From: an uncultured Bacilli bacterium
GTDB lineage: Bacteria; Bacillota_I; Bacilli_A; RF39; UBA660
NCBI GenBank assembly: GCA_944332465.1
Contig: CALVJZ010000002.1
Location: 1 to 44,151 of the forward strand
DNA: 44,151 nt
Direction of reading: 5' to 3'
Under the pieces are notes generated by a model. That model ran no database searches and was not told where the DNA came from. It was given only the letters and a program-made list of their open reading frames with translations. Shown here in pieces: positions 1 through 9,462 of this stretch; positions within the stretch are counted from its first letter, which is position 1, and every line of letters begins with the position of its first letter. A program made the translations under genes and the position numbers.

Positions 1-42
1 GAAGATAGGAAGTTGCCAAGAATTTTTTTTGTGTATAAAAAA

Positions 43-71
43 GGACTTACCAAAAAGGATAAGTCTTTTTT
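43..71 (+). terminator. Rho-independent terminator of the upstream (off-window) gene
   Basis: GACTTA (44-49) pairs with TAAGTC (60-65). It is followed by TTTTTT (66-71) and preceded by an A-tract. Confidence 0.6.
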
Positions 72-98
72 CATAGAATGAAATAACTGTGATATAAT
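70..98 (+). promoter_or_regulatory. Sigma-A type promoter with extended -10 (tldD-pmbA)
   Basis: TG at 90-91 plus TATAAT at 93-98. A weak -35 TTCATA sits at 70-75 with a 17-nt spacer. Confidence 0.6.
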
Positions 99-116
99 AA
101 CAAATAGGTGATTATA

Positions 117-1487
117 ATGTTAAAAAAAGATTATGAAGAATTTCTTTCTCTAGCAATGTCAACTGGAGCTGATTTTGCAGAAATATATTATGAAGAGGGC
201 AAACAAAAAAACTTTATAGTATTAGATTCCAAATTAGATTCCGTAAACACCGCAACAACAAAAGGAGTAGGTATAAGAATAATCAAAGACAATGATTGTT
301 ATTATACGTCAACAGATAATTTGGATAAAGAAAATATTATCAAAGTGATTAAAAATTTGATTACAAATTTTCATCAAAAAAATAACAATGTAATTAAATT
401 AAAAGATTTAGAAGAAATATATCCTAAAATTGTCATACCTCATGATGAATATCCTCTAGAAATGAAAAAGAAATTTTTGTTAGATATGGATACGAAAATT
501 AGAAAGATTTCCAAAAAAATTTCACAAGTTTCTCTAGGTTTTTTAGAAGGAGATAAAACTATAACAATAGCTAATTCTGAAGGAAAATTTATAAAATCAA
601 AGAATTGTGTTACCAGATATATTTGTACTGTATATGCAGAACATAATGGTAAAAAGGAAAGAGAATTTGTAGACTGTGGTAAAGGACAAGGATACGAGCT
701 ATTAGAAGAAGATTTATATAAAATATCAGAAGATGCCGCAAAAGTAGCAGTTGAAAAATTAGATGCCGAGGATTTTAAAGGAGGAGAATTACCTGTTGTG
801 ATTGCCCCTGGTTTTGGAGCAGTAATTTTTCACGAAGCTTGTGGTCATGGCTTAGAAGCAACAAGTGTAGCTCCTAAAAAGTCTGTATTTTCAAGCGACC
901 TAGGCCTTGAAATAGCAACCCCTAAAGTTACCTTAATAGATGATGGTACCATTCCAAATGCCTGGGGAAGTAATCTTATAGATGATGAGGGAAATCCGAC
1001 CAAGAAAAATATCCTAATTGAAAACGGTGTTTTAAAAAACTTCCTTGTGGATAAAAATAATGCTAAAAAAATGAAATTAGATTCAAATGGATGTGGAAGA
1101 AGACAAAGTTATTTATTTGCTCCAACATCTAGAATGAGTAATACTTATTTAAAACCTGGAACAGATACTTTTGAAGATATGATAAAAAGTATAAAATTAG
1201 GTGTTTATTGTGAAAAAATGTCAGGAGGAACGGTAAATCCTTCTACTGGAGATTTTAACTTTGCTGTCGATACAGCAAGGTTAATTGAGAATGGTAAACT
1301 AGGTAAAAGAATTAAAGGTATTACATTAATCGGAAATAGTAAAGACATATTAAAAAATGTTGAAATGATAGCTGATGACTTAAAGTTAAGTGCTGGATAT
1401 TGTGGAAGTAAAAGTGGTATGATTTATGTTACTATAGGCCAACCTACCATAAAAGTATCAAAAATTTTAGTAGGAGGTAAAGAATAA
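117..1487 (+). CDS. tldD: TldD-family zinc metalloprotease
   Basis: HExxxH motif HEACGHGLE. ATG 117 lies 6 nt after the AGGTG SD; the track start 108 is a GTG inside that SD. TAATG coupling to a paralogous downstream gene. Confidence 0.85.
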   Translation: MLKKDYEEFLSLAMSTGADFAEIYYEEGKQKNFIVLDSKLDSVNTATTKGVGIRIIKDNDCYYTSTDNLDKENIIKVIKNLITNFHQKNNNVIKLKDLEEIYPKIVIPHDEYPLEMKKKFLLDMDTKIRKISKKISQVSLGFLEGDKTITIANSEGKFIKSKNCVTRYICTVYAEHNGKKEREFVDCGKGQGYELLEEDLYKISEDAAKVAVEKLDAEDFKGGELPVVIAPGFGAVIFHEACGHGLEATSVAPKKSVFSSDLGLEIATPKVTLIDDGTIPNAWGSNLIDDEGNPTKKNILIENGVLKNFLVDKNNAKKMKLDSNGCGRRQSYLFAPTSRMSNTYLKPGTDTFEDMIKSIKLGVYCEKMSGGTVNPSTGDFNFAVDTARLIENGKLGKRIKGITLIGNSKDILKNVEMIADDLKLSAGYCGSKSGMIYVTIGQPTIKVSKILVGGKE

Positions 1488-2785
1488 TGACAAAAGATGA
1501 ATTTTTTAAAGTAGCTGAAGAAAAAGGTATAAAAAATATTCAAGTTGCTGAAACAACACAAAATATTGGACAGATTGAATTAATTAATAATGATTTAGAA
1601 ACTTTTGACATATCAAATCACATATCTTATCAAATTAAAGCAGAATACAATGATAAAACAGTTAAATCAAAATCAGAATATTTAGATGAATCCGTTTTAG
1701 ATGATCTAATTATGAAAGCTAAACTTACAGATACATCTTATCAAGATGATTATTTACAAGACACCACAAACAATAATTCTTTAGATGAAAATATTGATAT
1801 AGAGTTAAGTGAAGACCTAGTTCATTTAAGAAATTTGGATAAATTAAGAAAAGAATATCCTGAATTAACAAACTTAACCCTTTCATATAGCGAAATTTTT
1901 GAGAAAAAGAAAATTTCAAATAATAATAAAGTAAACATAGAAACATCATCACATTATTATGAATTTTCTCCCGAAGTTATAATTAAAAATGCTAAAGAAA
2001 TTAACAGTTTTACGCGGACATTTTTAGGAACAAAAAAAGAAAATATAATTAATAAAGAAAACTTAAAAGAAACCATAGAAATGGCGATAAAACAAGTAAC
2101 AAAAGAACAAAAAGGAACAAAGAAATATAATATTATCATTGACTCATCAGTTATGTCGACAATATTATCTTCTTTTGTTGATATGATTTCTGCTACAAAT
2201 GTAAGACAAAATATTTCCTGTTTAAAAGAAAAAATAAATAAGAAGATCTTTTCTGATAAACTTTCTATAATAGAAGATCCTCTAAATAAAGATTACCCTG
2301 GGTATACAGTGTTTGATGATGAGGGTACAAAAACTTATAAAAAAGATATTGTTAAAAATGGAAAACTAATGACATATTTATATAATATTAAAGAAGCAAA
2401 AGAAGCAAATTGTCATTCAACTGGTAACGGTTACAGTGGTATTTCAACTAAAAATATGTATATTAAAGCTGGAACAAAAAGCTTAACTGAACTATTTAAA
2501 GATTTAGATAATGGAATATATATTACAGATTGTATGGGTTCTATGGAAACAGCTATTAACTGTAATACTGGAAATATCTCACTTCAAATATTTGGATTTG
2601 TTATAGAAAATGGAAAAATCAAATGTGGTCTTAAACCAAGTATAATGACAACTACAATATTTGAATTATTCGGAAATGTTGAAGAAATTAGTAATGAAGT
2701 AATATTTACTGAAAGAGCTGTTGCTTCACCTTGTATTTATTTTAAAGATATTTCTATTACCGGTAGCCAAGAAAGTGACAACTAA
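1487..2785 (+). CDS. pmbA: PmbA/TldE-family protein, partner of TldD
   Basis: 432-aa PmbA_TldD-like paralogue without HExxxH. Its ATG overlaps the tldD stop (TAATG, 1485-1489). GGAGG SD at 1473-1477. Confidence 0.75.
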   Translation: MTKDEFFKVAEEKGIKNIQVAETTQNIGQIELINNDLETFDISNHISYQIKAEYNDKTVKSKSEYLDESVLDDLIMKAKLTDTSYQDDYLQDTTNNNSLDENIDIELSEDLVHLRNLDKLRKEYPELTNLTLSYSEIFEKKKISNNNKVNIETSSHYYEFSPEVIIKNAKEINSFTRTFLGTKKENIINKENLKETIEMAIKQVTKEQKGTKKYNIIIDSSVMSTILSSFVDMISATNVRQNISCLKEKINKKIFSDKLSIIEDPLNKDYPGYTVFDDEGTKTYKKDIVKNGKLMTYLYNIKEAKEANCHSTGNGYSGISTKNMYIKAGTKSLTELFKDLDNGIYITDCMGSMETAINCNTGNISLQIFGFVIENGKIKCGLKPSIMTTTIFELFGNVEEISNEVIFTERAVASPCIYFKDISITGSQESDN

Positions 2786-2801
2786 ATAAAAAATGAGGAA
2801 T

Positions 2802-2826
2802 AAGAGTTGTATAACTCTTTTTTTTT
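2802..2826 (+). terminator. Rho-independent terminator after pmbA
   Basis: AAGAGTT (2802-2808), GTAT loop, AACTCTT (2813-2819), then a T-run. Confidence 0.8.
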
Positions 2827-2853
2827 GATATAATAAAAAATGGGTGAAGAAAT

Positions 2854-3312
2854 ATGGATTATAAAGTTACAACTTATTCAGAAGAAGAAACAATTGAATT
2901 AGCTCAAAATATTGAATCAGAGAAATTTCCTAACATGGTTATTTGCCTAGAAGGTGACTTAGGAAGTGGAAAAACATTGTTTACTAAAGGTTTTGCGGAA
3001 GCACTAGAAGTACAAGAAGAAATCACTTCGCCAACCTTTAATATTATAAAGGAATATACATCAGGAGAACTACCTTTATACCATATGGATGTTTATCGTT
3101 TAGATGGAAAAGTAGATGAATTAGGCATTGAAGAATACTATACTCGTGGTGGAATAACTATTATTGAATGGGCTGATATGATTCCTGATTATCTACCTGA
3201 AAAAAGACTAGATATTAAAATTAAAAATTCATCAGAAGATGAAAATAAGAGAACCATTACCTTAATACCTCATGGAAAAAAGTATGAAGAATTATGTGAG
3301 GCGATATTATGA
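2854..3312 (+). CDS. tsaE: tRNA t6A37 biosynthesis ATPase TsaE
   Basis: P-loop GDLGSGKT, about 150 aa, first gene of the tsaE-tsaB-rimI-tsaD order known from Bacillus. Confidence 0.85.
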   Translation: MDYKVTTYSEEETIELAQNIESEKFPNMVICLEGDLGSGKTLFTKGFAEALEVQEEITSPTFNIIKEYTSGELPLYHMDVYRLDGKVDELGIEEYYTRGGITIIEWADMIPDYLPEKRLDIKIKNSSEDENKRTITLIPHGKKYEELCEAIL

Positions 3313-3953
3313 TTTTATATATAGATACATCTTCTAACTTTTTATACACAGGAATTGTGGATAACAACAAACTAATAGCTGAGATAAAAAAAGAATTTGG
3401 TCATAACCTATCCGAAGCAGCTTTACCTGAGATAGTATCAATGTTTGAAGAAAATAAAATTTCTCCAAAAGACATCGATAAAATTATTGTAGTTAATGGT
3501 CCTGGATCATTTACTGGAATAAGAATAGGAATTACTATTGCCAAGGTATATGCTTGGAGTTTAAATATTCCAATAACAACAATTACCTCACTTGAAGCTA
3601 TGGCTATATCAAAAGAAGAAGATATTCCTAAGGTGCCTATTATCGATGCAAGACGTGGATATTGCTATGCAGCTATTTTTAATAGTGACAATAAAGAAAT
3701 ATTAAAACCTAGTTATCTTACTTACGAAGAATTACAAAAAGAATTAGATAAAATAGAAAACTATATTGTAATTACTAATGATGAGGAAAAACTAAAAGTA
3801 ACTCATCAAAATACTACAACTTATACTCCAAACATCTTAGAAGTAGTTAATTGCTTTAAAACAAAAAAGGAAATCAATCCTCATGCTATAAATCCTGAAT
3901 ATTTAAAATTGACTGAAGCAGAAGAAAATAAGAAAAATGATAGTACAAATTAA
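3309..3953 (+). CDS. tsaB: tRNA t6A37 biosynthesis protein TsaB
   Basis: GPGSFTGIRIGI motif. ATGA overlap with the tsaE stop. Confidence 0.85.
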   Translation: MILYIDTSSNFLYTGIVDNNKLIAEIKKEFGHNLSEAALPEIVSMFEENKISPKDIDKIIVVNGPGSFTGIRIGITIAKVYAWSLNIPITTITSLEAMAISKEEDIPKVPIIDARRGYCYAAIFNSDNKEILKPSYLTYEELQKELDKIENYIVITNDEEKLKVTHQNTTTYTPNILEVVNCFKTKKEINPHAINPEYLKLTEAEENKKNDSTN

Positions 3954-4347
3954 CAATCTAAAAGATGTTACTAAAATTGAAAAAAATCAGACTCTTTTAT
4001 CACCAAATGTTATAAAAAAAGAACTAGAAAATAATCCCTTTGGACATTATTTGCTTGAACTAGAAAATAAAAAAATTATTGCTTATCTATACTATAGTGA
4101 CATTTATGATAGAGCAGAAATTAACCAAATAGAAGTCGATGTTTTCCACAGAAACTGTGGAAAAGCTTCGAATTTAATGGAAATAATGCTAGAAGCTGTG
4201 GAAAAAAGTATTACTTTAGAAGTCAAAAAGGATAATTTAGTAGCAATACACTTATATAAAAAATATGGTTTTAAAGAAAAAGCAATACGCAAAGGCTACT
4301 ATCATGGCGTAGATGGAATATTAATGGAAAGAGAAAAAAGTGAATAA
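3937..4347 (+). CDS. rimI: GNAT N-acetyltransferase, RimI-like (ribosomal protein S18 alanine acetyltransferase)
   Basis: 136-aa GNAT-like C-terminus (HLYKKYGFKE). Conserved position between tsaB and tsaD. 17-nt overlap with tsaB. Confidence 0.7.
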   Translation: MIVQINNLKDVTKIEKNQTLLSPNVIKKELENNPFGHYLLELENKKIIAYLYYSDIYDRAEINQIEVDVFHRNCGKASNLMEIMLEAVEKSITLEVKKDNLVAIHLYKKYGFKEKAIRKGYYHGVDGILMEREKSE

Positions 4348-4363
4348 TTTTATTCATTTTTTT
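4341..4363 (+). terminator. Weak terminator-like hairpin after rimI
   Basis: TGAATAA (4341-4347) pairs with TTATTCA (4350-4356), then T7. The stem is short and AT-rich. Confidence 0.4.
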
Positions 4364-4441
4364 ATTTATAAATTACATAATTCAATCTAGAAAAAGAACA
4401 AAAAATATGTTAAAATAAGTTCGAAATGAAAGAGTGATAGT

Positions 4442-5452
4442 ATGAATAATAAAGATATGTATATATTAGGAATTGAAAGTAGTTGCGACGAAACAAGTGC
4501 ATCCATTGTCAAAAATGGAACAGAAGAAATAGCAACTGTTATTTCTTCACAAATAGATATTCATAAAGATTATGGAGGAGTTGTCCCAGAAATTGCCAGC
4601 CGTCACCATGTGAAAAATATCACTATTGTATTAGAAGAGTGCCTTACAAAAGCTAATATGACTATGGATGATATTGATGCTATTGCAATTACATATGGTC
4701 CAGGTTTAATTGGCTCATTATTAATTGGTTTAGAAGCTGCTAAAACTTTAGCTTGGTTGTACCAAAAACCATTAATTCCTGTTCATCATATAGCTGGACA
4801 TATTTACGCAAACAGTTTGGTTAGACCTTTACAGTTTCCACTTTTAGCTTTAGTAGTCAGTGGTGGACACACAGAACTAGTCGAAATGACAAAACATTAT
4901 AAATTTAAAAAACTAGGTGGAACCTTAGACGATGCCATTGGTGAATGCTATGATAAAGTTGCGAGAGTTATTGGATTAGAATATCCAGGTGGACCAAAGG
5001 TTGATAAATTAGCACAAGTTGGAAAAGATTCATATAAATTACCAATTCCTTTGCACGATGATAGTTATAATTTTTCTTTCAGTGGTCTAAAAAGTGCTGT
5101 TATTAATTTAGCACATAATATAGAGCAAAGAGGAGAAGAATTAAATAAAGAAGACTTAGCAACCTCATTTCAAAATGTTGCTGTAGAGTCTGTTGTTAGT
5201 AAAACAAAAAAAGCTATAGAAGATAAAAACATAAAATATTTAATTGTAGCTGGTGGTGTTGCTGCCAACAAAGGGTTACGTACTGCTATTGAAAAATTAG
5301 CTCAAGATGAAAATATAGAAGTATCAATTCCACCAATGAAATATTGTACAGATAATGCGACTATGATAGCAGCAGCTGGCTATTATGCCTATCTTGATGG
5401 TAGAATAGCAGATTTAACATTAAATAGTACTTCTAGTGCAAATCTTGAATAA
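4442..5452 (+). CDS. tsaD: tRNA N6-adenosine threonylcarbamoyltransferase TsaD
   Basis: GIESSCDETS N-terminus, HHxxGH-type motif (VHHIAGHIY) and GGVAAN motif. Confidence 0.95.
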   Translation: MNNKDMYILGIESSCDETSASIVKNGTEEIATVISSQIDIHKDYGGVVPEIASRHHVKNITIVLEECLTKANMTMDDIDAIAITYGPGLIGSLLIGLEAAKTLAWLYQKPLIPVHHIAGHIYANSLVRPLQFPLLALVVSGGHTELVEMTKHYKFKKLGGTLDDAIGECYDKVARVIGLEYPGGPKVDKLAQVGKDSYKLPIPLHDDSYNFSFSGLKSAVINLAHNIEQRGEELNKEDLATSFQNVAVESVVSKTKKAIEDKNIKYLIVAGGVAANKGLRTAIEKLAQDENIEVSIPPMKYCTDNATMIAAAGYYAYLDGRIADLTLNSTSSANLE

Positions 5453-5463
5453 AGTTTACAAAA

Positions 5464-5486
5464 AGTATCAAGCGTGATACTTTTTT
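5464..5486 (+). terminator. Rho-independent terminator after tsaD
   Basis: AGTATCA (5464-5470), AGCG loop, TGATACT (5475-5481), then TTTTTT. Confidence 0.8.
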
Positions 5487-5528
5487 CTTTTATATATAAG
5501 AAAATTCTTTTTATAAAAATAAAAATTA

Positions 5529-5537
5529 TGGTATAAT
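5529..5537 (+). promoter_or_regulatory. Extended -10 promoter element of the ADH-FIST-ALDH operon
   Basis: TGgTATAAT at 5529-5537, 24 nt upstream of ATG 5562. GGGAGG SD lies in between. Confidence 0.55.
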
Positions 5538-5561
5538 TATTATGATAGGGAGGCTAGTCAG

Positions 5562-6713
5562 ATGATTAATAGAATAATATTAAATGAAACATCTTACTTT
5601 GGACGTGGTTCCAGAGAAAAATTACCTGAAGAAATAAAAGCAAGAAATCTTCATAAAGCATTATTAGTTACTGATAATGGATTATTAAAAACAGATATTG
5701 TAGAATTAGTTATGAGAACGCTAGAGAAAGCAAGCGTAGGCTATGTTTTATTTAGCGATATCCATCCAAATCCATCTGTCAAAAATGTTCAAGATGGACT
5801 AAAAGTAGCAAAAGAATACAACGTTGATTGTGTTGTTGCTGTTGGTGGAGGAAGTTCTATAGATACAGCTAAAGCGATTGCTGTTATTATGACAAATCCA
5901 GAAAATGAAGATGTTGTAAGCTTAGAAACAGCTACAACTAAAAATAAAGCAATGCCTTTATTTGCTTTACCAACAACTGCAGGAACAGCTGCAGAAGTTA
6001 CAATTAATTATGTAATTACTGATGAAAGTAGAACTAAAAAGATGGTATGTGTAGATCCACATGATATTCCAGCTGTAGCAATCATTGATCCTGAATTAAT
6101 GCAAGGAATGCCACAAAACATTGCTGCTACAACTGGAATGGACGCTCTAACTCATGCTATGGAAGGATACATTACAAAAGCTGCATGGTTAATGACAGAT
6201 ATGTTCCATCTTAATGCAATGTCATTAATCTATAAAAATCTAGAAAAAGCAGCGAACGATAAGGATGCTAACGCCATTGACCAGGTAGGATATGCCCAAT
6301 ATATCGCTGGTATGGGATTTTCAAATGTTGGACTAGGAATTGTACATTCAATGGCACATTCTCTAGGAGCATATTTTGATACCCCACATGGTTTAGCTAA
6401 CGCATTGCTTTTACCACATGTTTTAAGATTTAACGGAAAGGTATGTCCTGATTTATTTAGAAATATGGGTAATGCCTTTGGACTAGAAATGAATGGTTTA
6501 AGTGATGAAGAAGCTGTAAATAAAGTTGCGGATGCCGTAAAAGATTTAGCAATCAAATTACATATTCCACAAACATTAAAAGAAATTGGAGTTCCAAAAG
6601 AAATGCTACCAACTTTAGCAGAACAAGCAATTAATGATGCTTGTACACCTGGAAATCCAAGAGAAGTCACAAAAGAAGACATCTTAGCTATCTATCAAGA
6701 AGCTTATGAATAA
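5562..6713 (+). CDS. fucO: Iron-containing alcohol dehydrogenase, lactaldehyde reductase (FucO)-like
   Basis: 383 aa. Long stretches match my recollection of E. coli FucO: NETSYFGRG, PTTAGTAAEVTINYVITDE, VCVDPHDIP, GMGFSNVGLG, LLPHV, GNPRE. Confidence 0.75.
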   Translation: MINRIILNETSYFGRGSREKLPEEIKARNLHKALLVTDNGLLKTDIVELVMRTLEKASVGYVLFSDIHPNPSVKNVQDGLKVAKEYNVDCVVAVGGGSSIDTAKAIAVIMTNPENEDVVSLETATTKNKAMPLFALPTTAGTAAEVTINYVITDESRTKKMVCVDPHDIPAVAIIDPELMQGMPQNIAATTGMDALTHAMEGYITKAAWLMTDMFHLNAMSLIYKNLEKAANDKDANAIDQVGYAQYIAGMGFSNVGLGIVHSMAHSLGAYFDTPHGLANALLLPHVLRFNGKVCPDLFRNMGNAFGLEMNGLSDEEAVNKVADAVKDLAIKLHIPQTLKEIGVPKEMLPTLAEQAINDACTPGNPREVTKEDILAIYQEAYE

Positions 6714-6736
6714 AAAAAGAAAGGAAAGAGGTAAAT

Positions 6737-7924
6737 ATGTTAAAATCAAAAACTGGATTTAGTATCGACACAGATAGCTTCAAATCAGGAGCTGAAACAG
6801 CAAAAATAGCATCACATGATATGAGACATCCTAAATTAGGAATGTTATATACTTCAGTTTTATGTGATGTAAAAGAAGTTGTAAAAGGTGCCAGAAGCGT
6901 AACTAATGCTCCACTTATTGGATGTACTAGTAGTGGTGCTATTATGGTACCAGAAGGAGTAATATCATCAGATCATGGTTTCTCTGGAATGATGATGTTA
7001 GATGACAAGGATATGACTGTAGGAGTTGCTTGCCATGAAGCAGGACGTGATGCTCGTGCCATTGGTAGAAAAGTTGCTATTGAAGCAGTTGAAAATGCCA
7101 AAACAACACGCGCACCAGCATACTTTTATATGGTAGCAAGTCCTAAAGAAGAAGAAGATTATTTAATGGGTATTCAAGATGTTATTGGTAGAGTTCCAAT
7201 GTTTGGAGGAAGTGCTGCTGATGACACTGTAGAAGGAAAATGGCAAATTATCTGTAATGATAAAGTATTTAATGATGGAGTTGCTGTAGCATTCTTCTAT
7301 ACAGATAATGAAATAGTAACATCTTATACAGGTGCATATAGAGAAACTAATAATATTGGTTTAATTACAGAGGTTAAAGATAATCGTACCCTTGTAACAA
7401 TAGATGGTGTATCTGCTCTTAAAAAATATGCAAGCTGGATTAATACAACACCATCACAATTACAAGGACAAAACCTTTTAGTTGCATCAATTACTAGACC
7501 ATTAGGAGTAAAAGATCCATTAGGTAATTTAACTGTAATTCGTCATCCTATGTTTGGTAATGATGAAGGAACTAGAACTACAACTGATGATACAATTACA
7601 TTAGGAAATAAAGCTGTTCCAGGAACTGCTATTATTCAATTAGAAGCAACAGTGGATGAATTAATTGACTCTACTGGAAATACATTAAAAGATGTTAAAA
7701 AACAACTATACACAGAACCTGCTGCTTATTTCTTAGTACACTGCGGTGGAAGAAAACTAGGAATAGGTGACCGTATAGGTGAAGTTCATAAACAATTAGT
7801 AAAAGAAGCAAAAGGTGTACCATTCATTACAATCTTTACATTTGGTGAATATGGATATGATGAACACTCAGCAAATATCTGTGGTGGATTAATGTTATCA
7901 TTCACTGCATTTGGTAAAAATTAG
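6737..7924 (+). CDS. Stand-alone FIST (FIST_N + FIST_C) domain protein
   Basis: 395 aa with no output domain. The pattern of G/S-rich loops (GCTSSGAI, FGGSAADD, HCGGR, FGEYG) matches FIST architecture as I recall it. An HMM check is needed. Confidence 0.6.
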   Translation: MLKSKTGFSIDTDSFKSGAETAKIASHDMRHPKLGMLYTSVLCDVKEVVKGARSVTNAPLIGCTSSGAIMVPEGVISSDHGFSGMMMLDDKDMTVGVACHEAGRDARAIGRKVAIEAVENAKTTRAPAYFYMVASPKEEEDYLMGIQDVIGRVPMFGGSAADDTVEGKWQIICNDKVFNDGVAVAFFYTDNEIVTSYTGAYRETNNIGLITEVKDNRTLVTIDGVSALKKYASWINTTPSQLQGQNLLVASITRPLGVKDPLGNLTVIRHPMFGNDEGTRTTTDDTITLGNKAVPGTAIIQLEATVDELIDSTGNTLKDVKKQLYTEPAAYFLVHCGGRKLGIGDRIGEVHKQLVKEAKGVPFITIFTFGEYGYDEHSANICGGLMLSFTAFGKN

Positions 7925-7933
7925 GAGGTAGTA

Positions 7934-9370
7934 ATGAAGAATTTAATAAAGGGAATGGAGATGGATGCTAGCAACCATCAAGTAATTGAAGTTACAAATC
8001 CAGCAACAGGAGAGTTTATTGACACAGTTCCAAATTCTACAGAAGAAGATGTAGATATAGCTGTAAAAGCTGCTGTTGTAGCTCAAAAAAAATGGGCAGA
8101 AGTACCACTACATGAACGTGGTCGTATCTTAGAAAGATTTGTTGAATTAGTAGAAAGAGATAAAGAGGATTTAGCAGAGCTTTTATGTAAAGAAACTGGT
8201 AAACCAATTACAGAAGCTAGAGGAGAAATTTCTAATACTAGAACATTCGTATATGCGTATGTAGAAAGAGCAAAACATTTATATGGAATTAATATTCCAA
8301 CTGGAAATGAAGCAGGGCATGAAAATGATGTTCAGTTTACTATTAGACAACCTCTAGGAGTAGTTGCTTGTATTATTCCATTTAACTTTCCATGTGACCT
8401 ATTTGGACAAAAGGTGCCAAGTGCCTTAATCATGGGAAATGCTGTTATCGTAAAACCATCAACTTATAATCCATTAACACTACATAGATATTGTCTTTTA
8501 TTAAAAGAAGCAGGAGTACCAGATGGTGTAATTAGTTGTATATCTGGAGATGGTCCAATAACTGGACAAGCTCTAGCAAGACATAAAGGAGTTCATCTAG
8601 TAAGTGTAACTGGTTCAACAGCAGTTGGTATGGAGACAATGGCAACAGCCAGTCAAAATTTAACTCATGTAATGCTAGAATTAGGTGGAAATGATGCCTT
8701 TATCTTAGATAAAGATGGAGACTTAGATTTAGCTATTGAAGAAATGGTCTGGGGTAGACTTTATAATACTGGTCAAGTGTGCTGTGCAAGTAAAAGATTC
8801 TTAGTACACAATGATATTAAAGAAGAATTTACTAAACGTGTTATTGAAAGAATTAGTAAAATGCGTATTGGAAATCCAATGAATGAAGATACAGAAATTG
8901 GTTGCTTAATCAATGAACGTGCTGCAAAAAGGGTTGAAGAACAAGTAAACACCACAGTACAACAAGGTGCTAAATTAATATTTGGTGGACGTAGAAACGG
9001 AGCATATTATGAGCCAGCTGTGCTTATCAATGTAACAAGAGATATGGACATTATGAAAGACATGGAAGTATTTGGTCCAGTAATTCCTATTTGTGGATTT
9101 GATGATATTGAAGAAGCAATAGATATTGCTAATCAATCAAGTTTTGGATTATGCGGAAATATTATCACAAAAGATATGAATAATGCTTTCAAAGTAGCAG
9201 AAAAATTAGAAGTAGGTGGCGCTGTAATTAACGGAGCAAGTTTCTTCCGTTCAGCTGAAATGCCATTTGGTGGATGGAAACATTCGGGAATTGGTAACGA
9301 AGGTATTGCTACCACCCTTCAAGAAATGTCTCGCATAAAAACAATAGTTTTAAAAAATGTTTTAAAATAA
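7934..9370 (+). CDS. NAD(P)+-dependent aldehyde dehydrogenase
   Basis: ALDH signatures LELGGNDA (catalytic Glu) and GQVCCASKR (catalytic Cys). AGGAGG SD. Starts 9 nt after the FIST gene. Confidence 0.9.
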   Translation: MKNLIKGMEMDASNHQVIEVTNPATGEFIDTVPNSTEEDVDIAVKAAVVAQKKWAEVPLHERGRILERFVELVERDKEDLAELLCKETGKPITEARGEISNTRTFVYAYVERAKHLYGINIPTGNEAGHENDVQFTIRQPLGVVACIIPFNFPCDLFGQKVPSALIMGNAVIVKPSTYNPLTLHRYCLLLKEAGVPDGVISCISGDGPITGQALARHKGVHLVSVTGSTAVGMETMATASQNLTHVMLELGGNDAFILDKDGDLDLAIEEMVWGRLYNTGQVCCASKRFLVHNDIKEEFTKRVIERISKMRIGNPMNEDTEIGCLINERAAKRVEEQVNTTVQQGAKLIFGGRRNGAYYEPAVLINVTRDMDIMKDMEVFGPVIPICGFDDIEEAIDIANQSSFGLCGNIITKDMNNAFKVAEKLEVGGAVINGASFFRSAEMPFGGWKHSGIGNEGIATTLQEMSRIKTIVLKNVLK

Positions 9371-9372
9371 AT

Positions 9373-9398
9373 AAGGTCGCTGTAAAGCGACTTTTTTT
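9373..9398 (+). terminator. Rho-independent terminator after the ALDH gene
   Basis: GTCGCT (9376-9381), GTAA loop, AGCGAC (9386-9391), then T7. Confidence 0.85.
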
Positions 9399-9462
9399 GA
9401 GAGCTTTTATTGAAATAGAATATAGTGTATAATAAAAATATATAAAATCTAAAGGAGTAAGT

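Noticed and set aside
6230-6682. 150-aa minus-strand ORF inside the fucO-like gene. Similar antisense ORFs lie at 16323-16754, 25663-26055, 31133-31540, 38255-38695 and 40869-41255, plus the roughly 60-85-aa minus-strand ORFs throughout.
   Set aside because: All are fully embedded antisense to + strand genes that have strong motif support. Their translations are low-complexity and hydrophobic (S/F/L/I-rich), as expected from reverse-reading AT-rich codons. None has a convincing SD or promoter.
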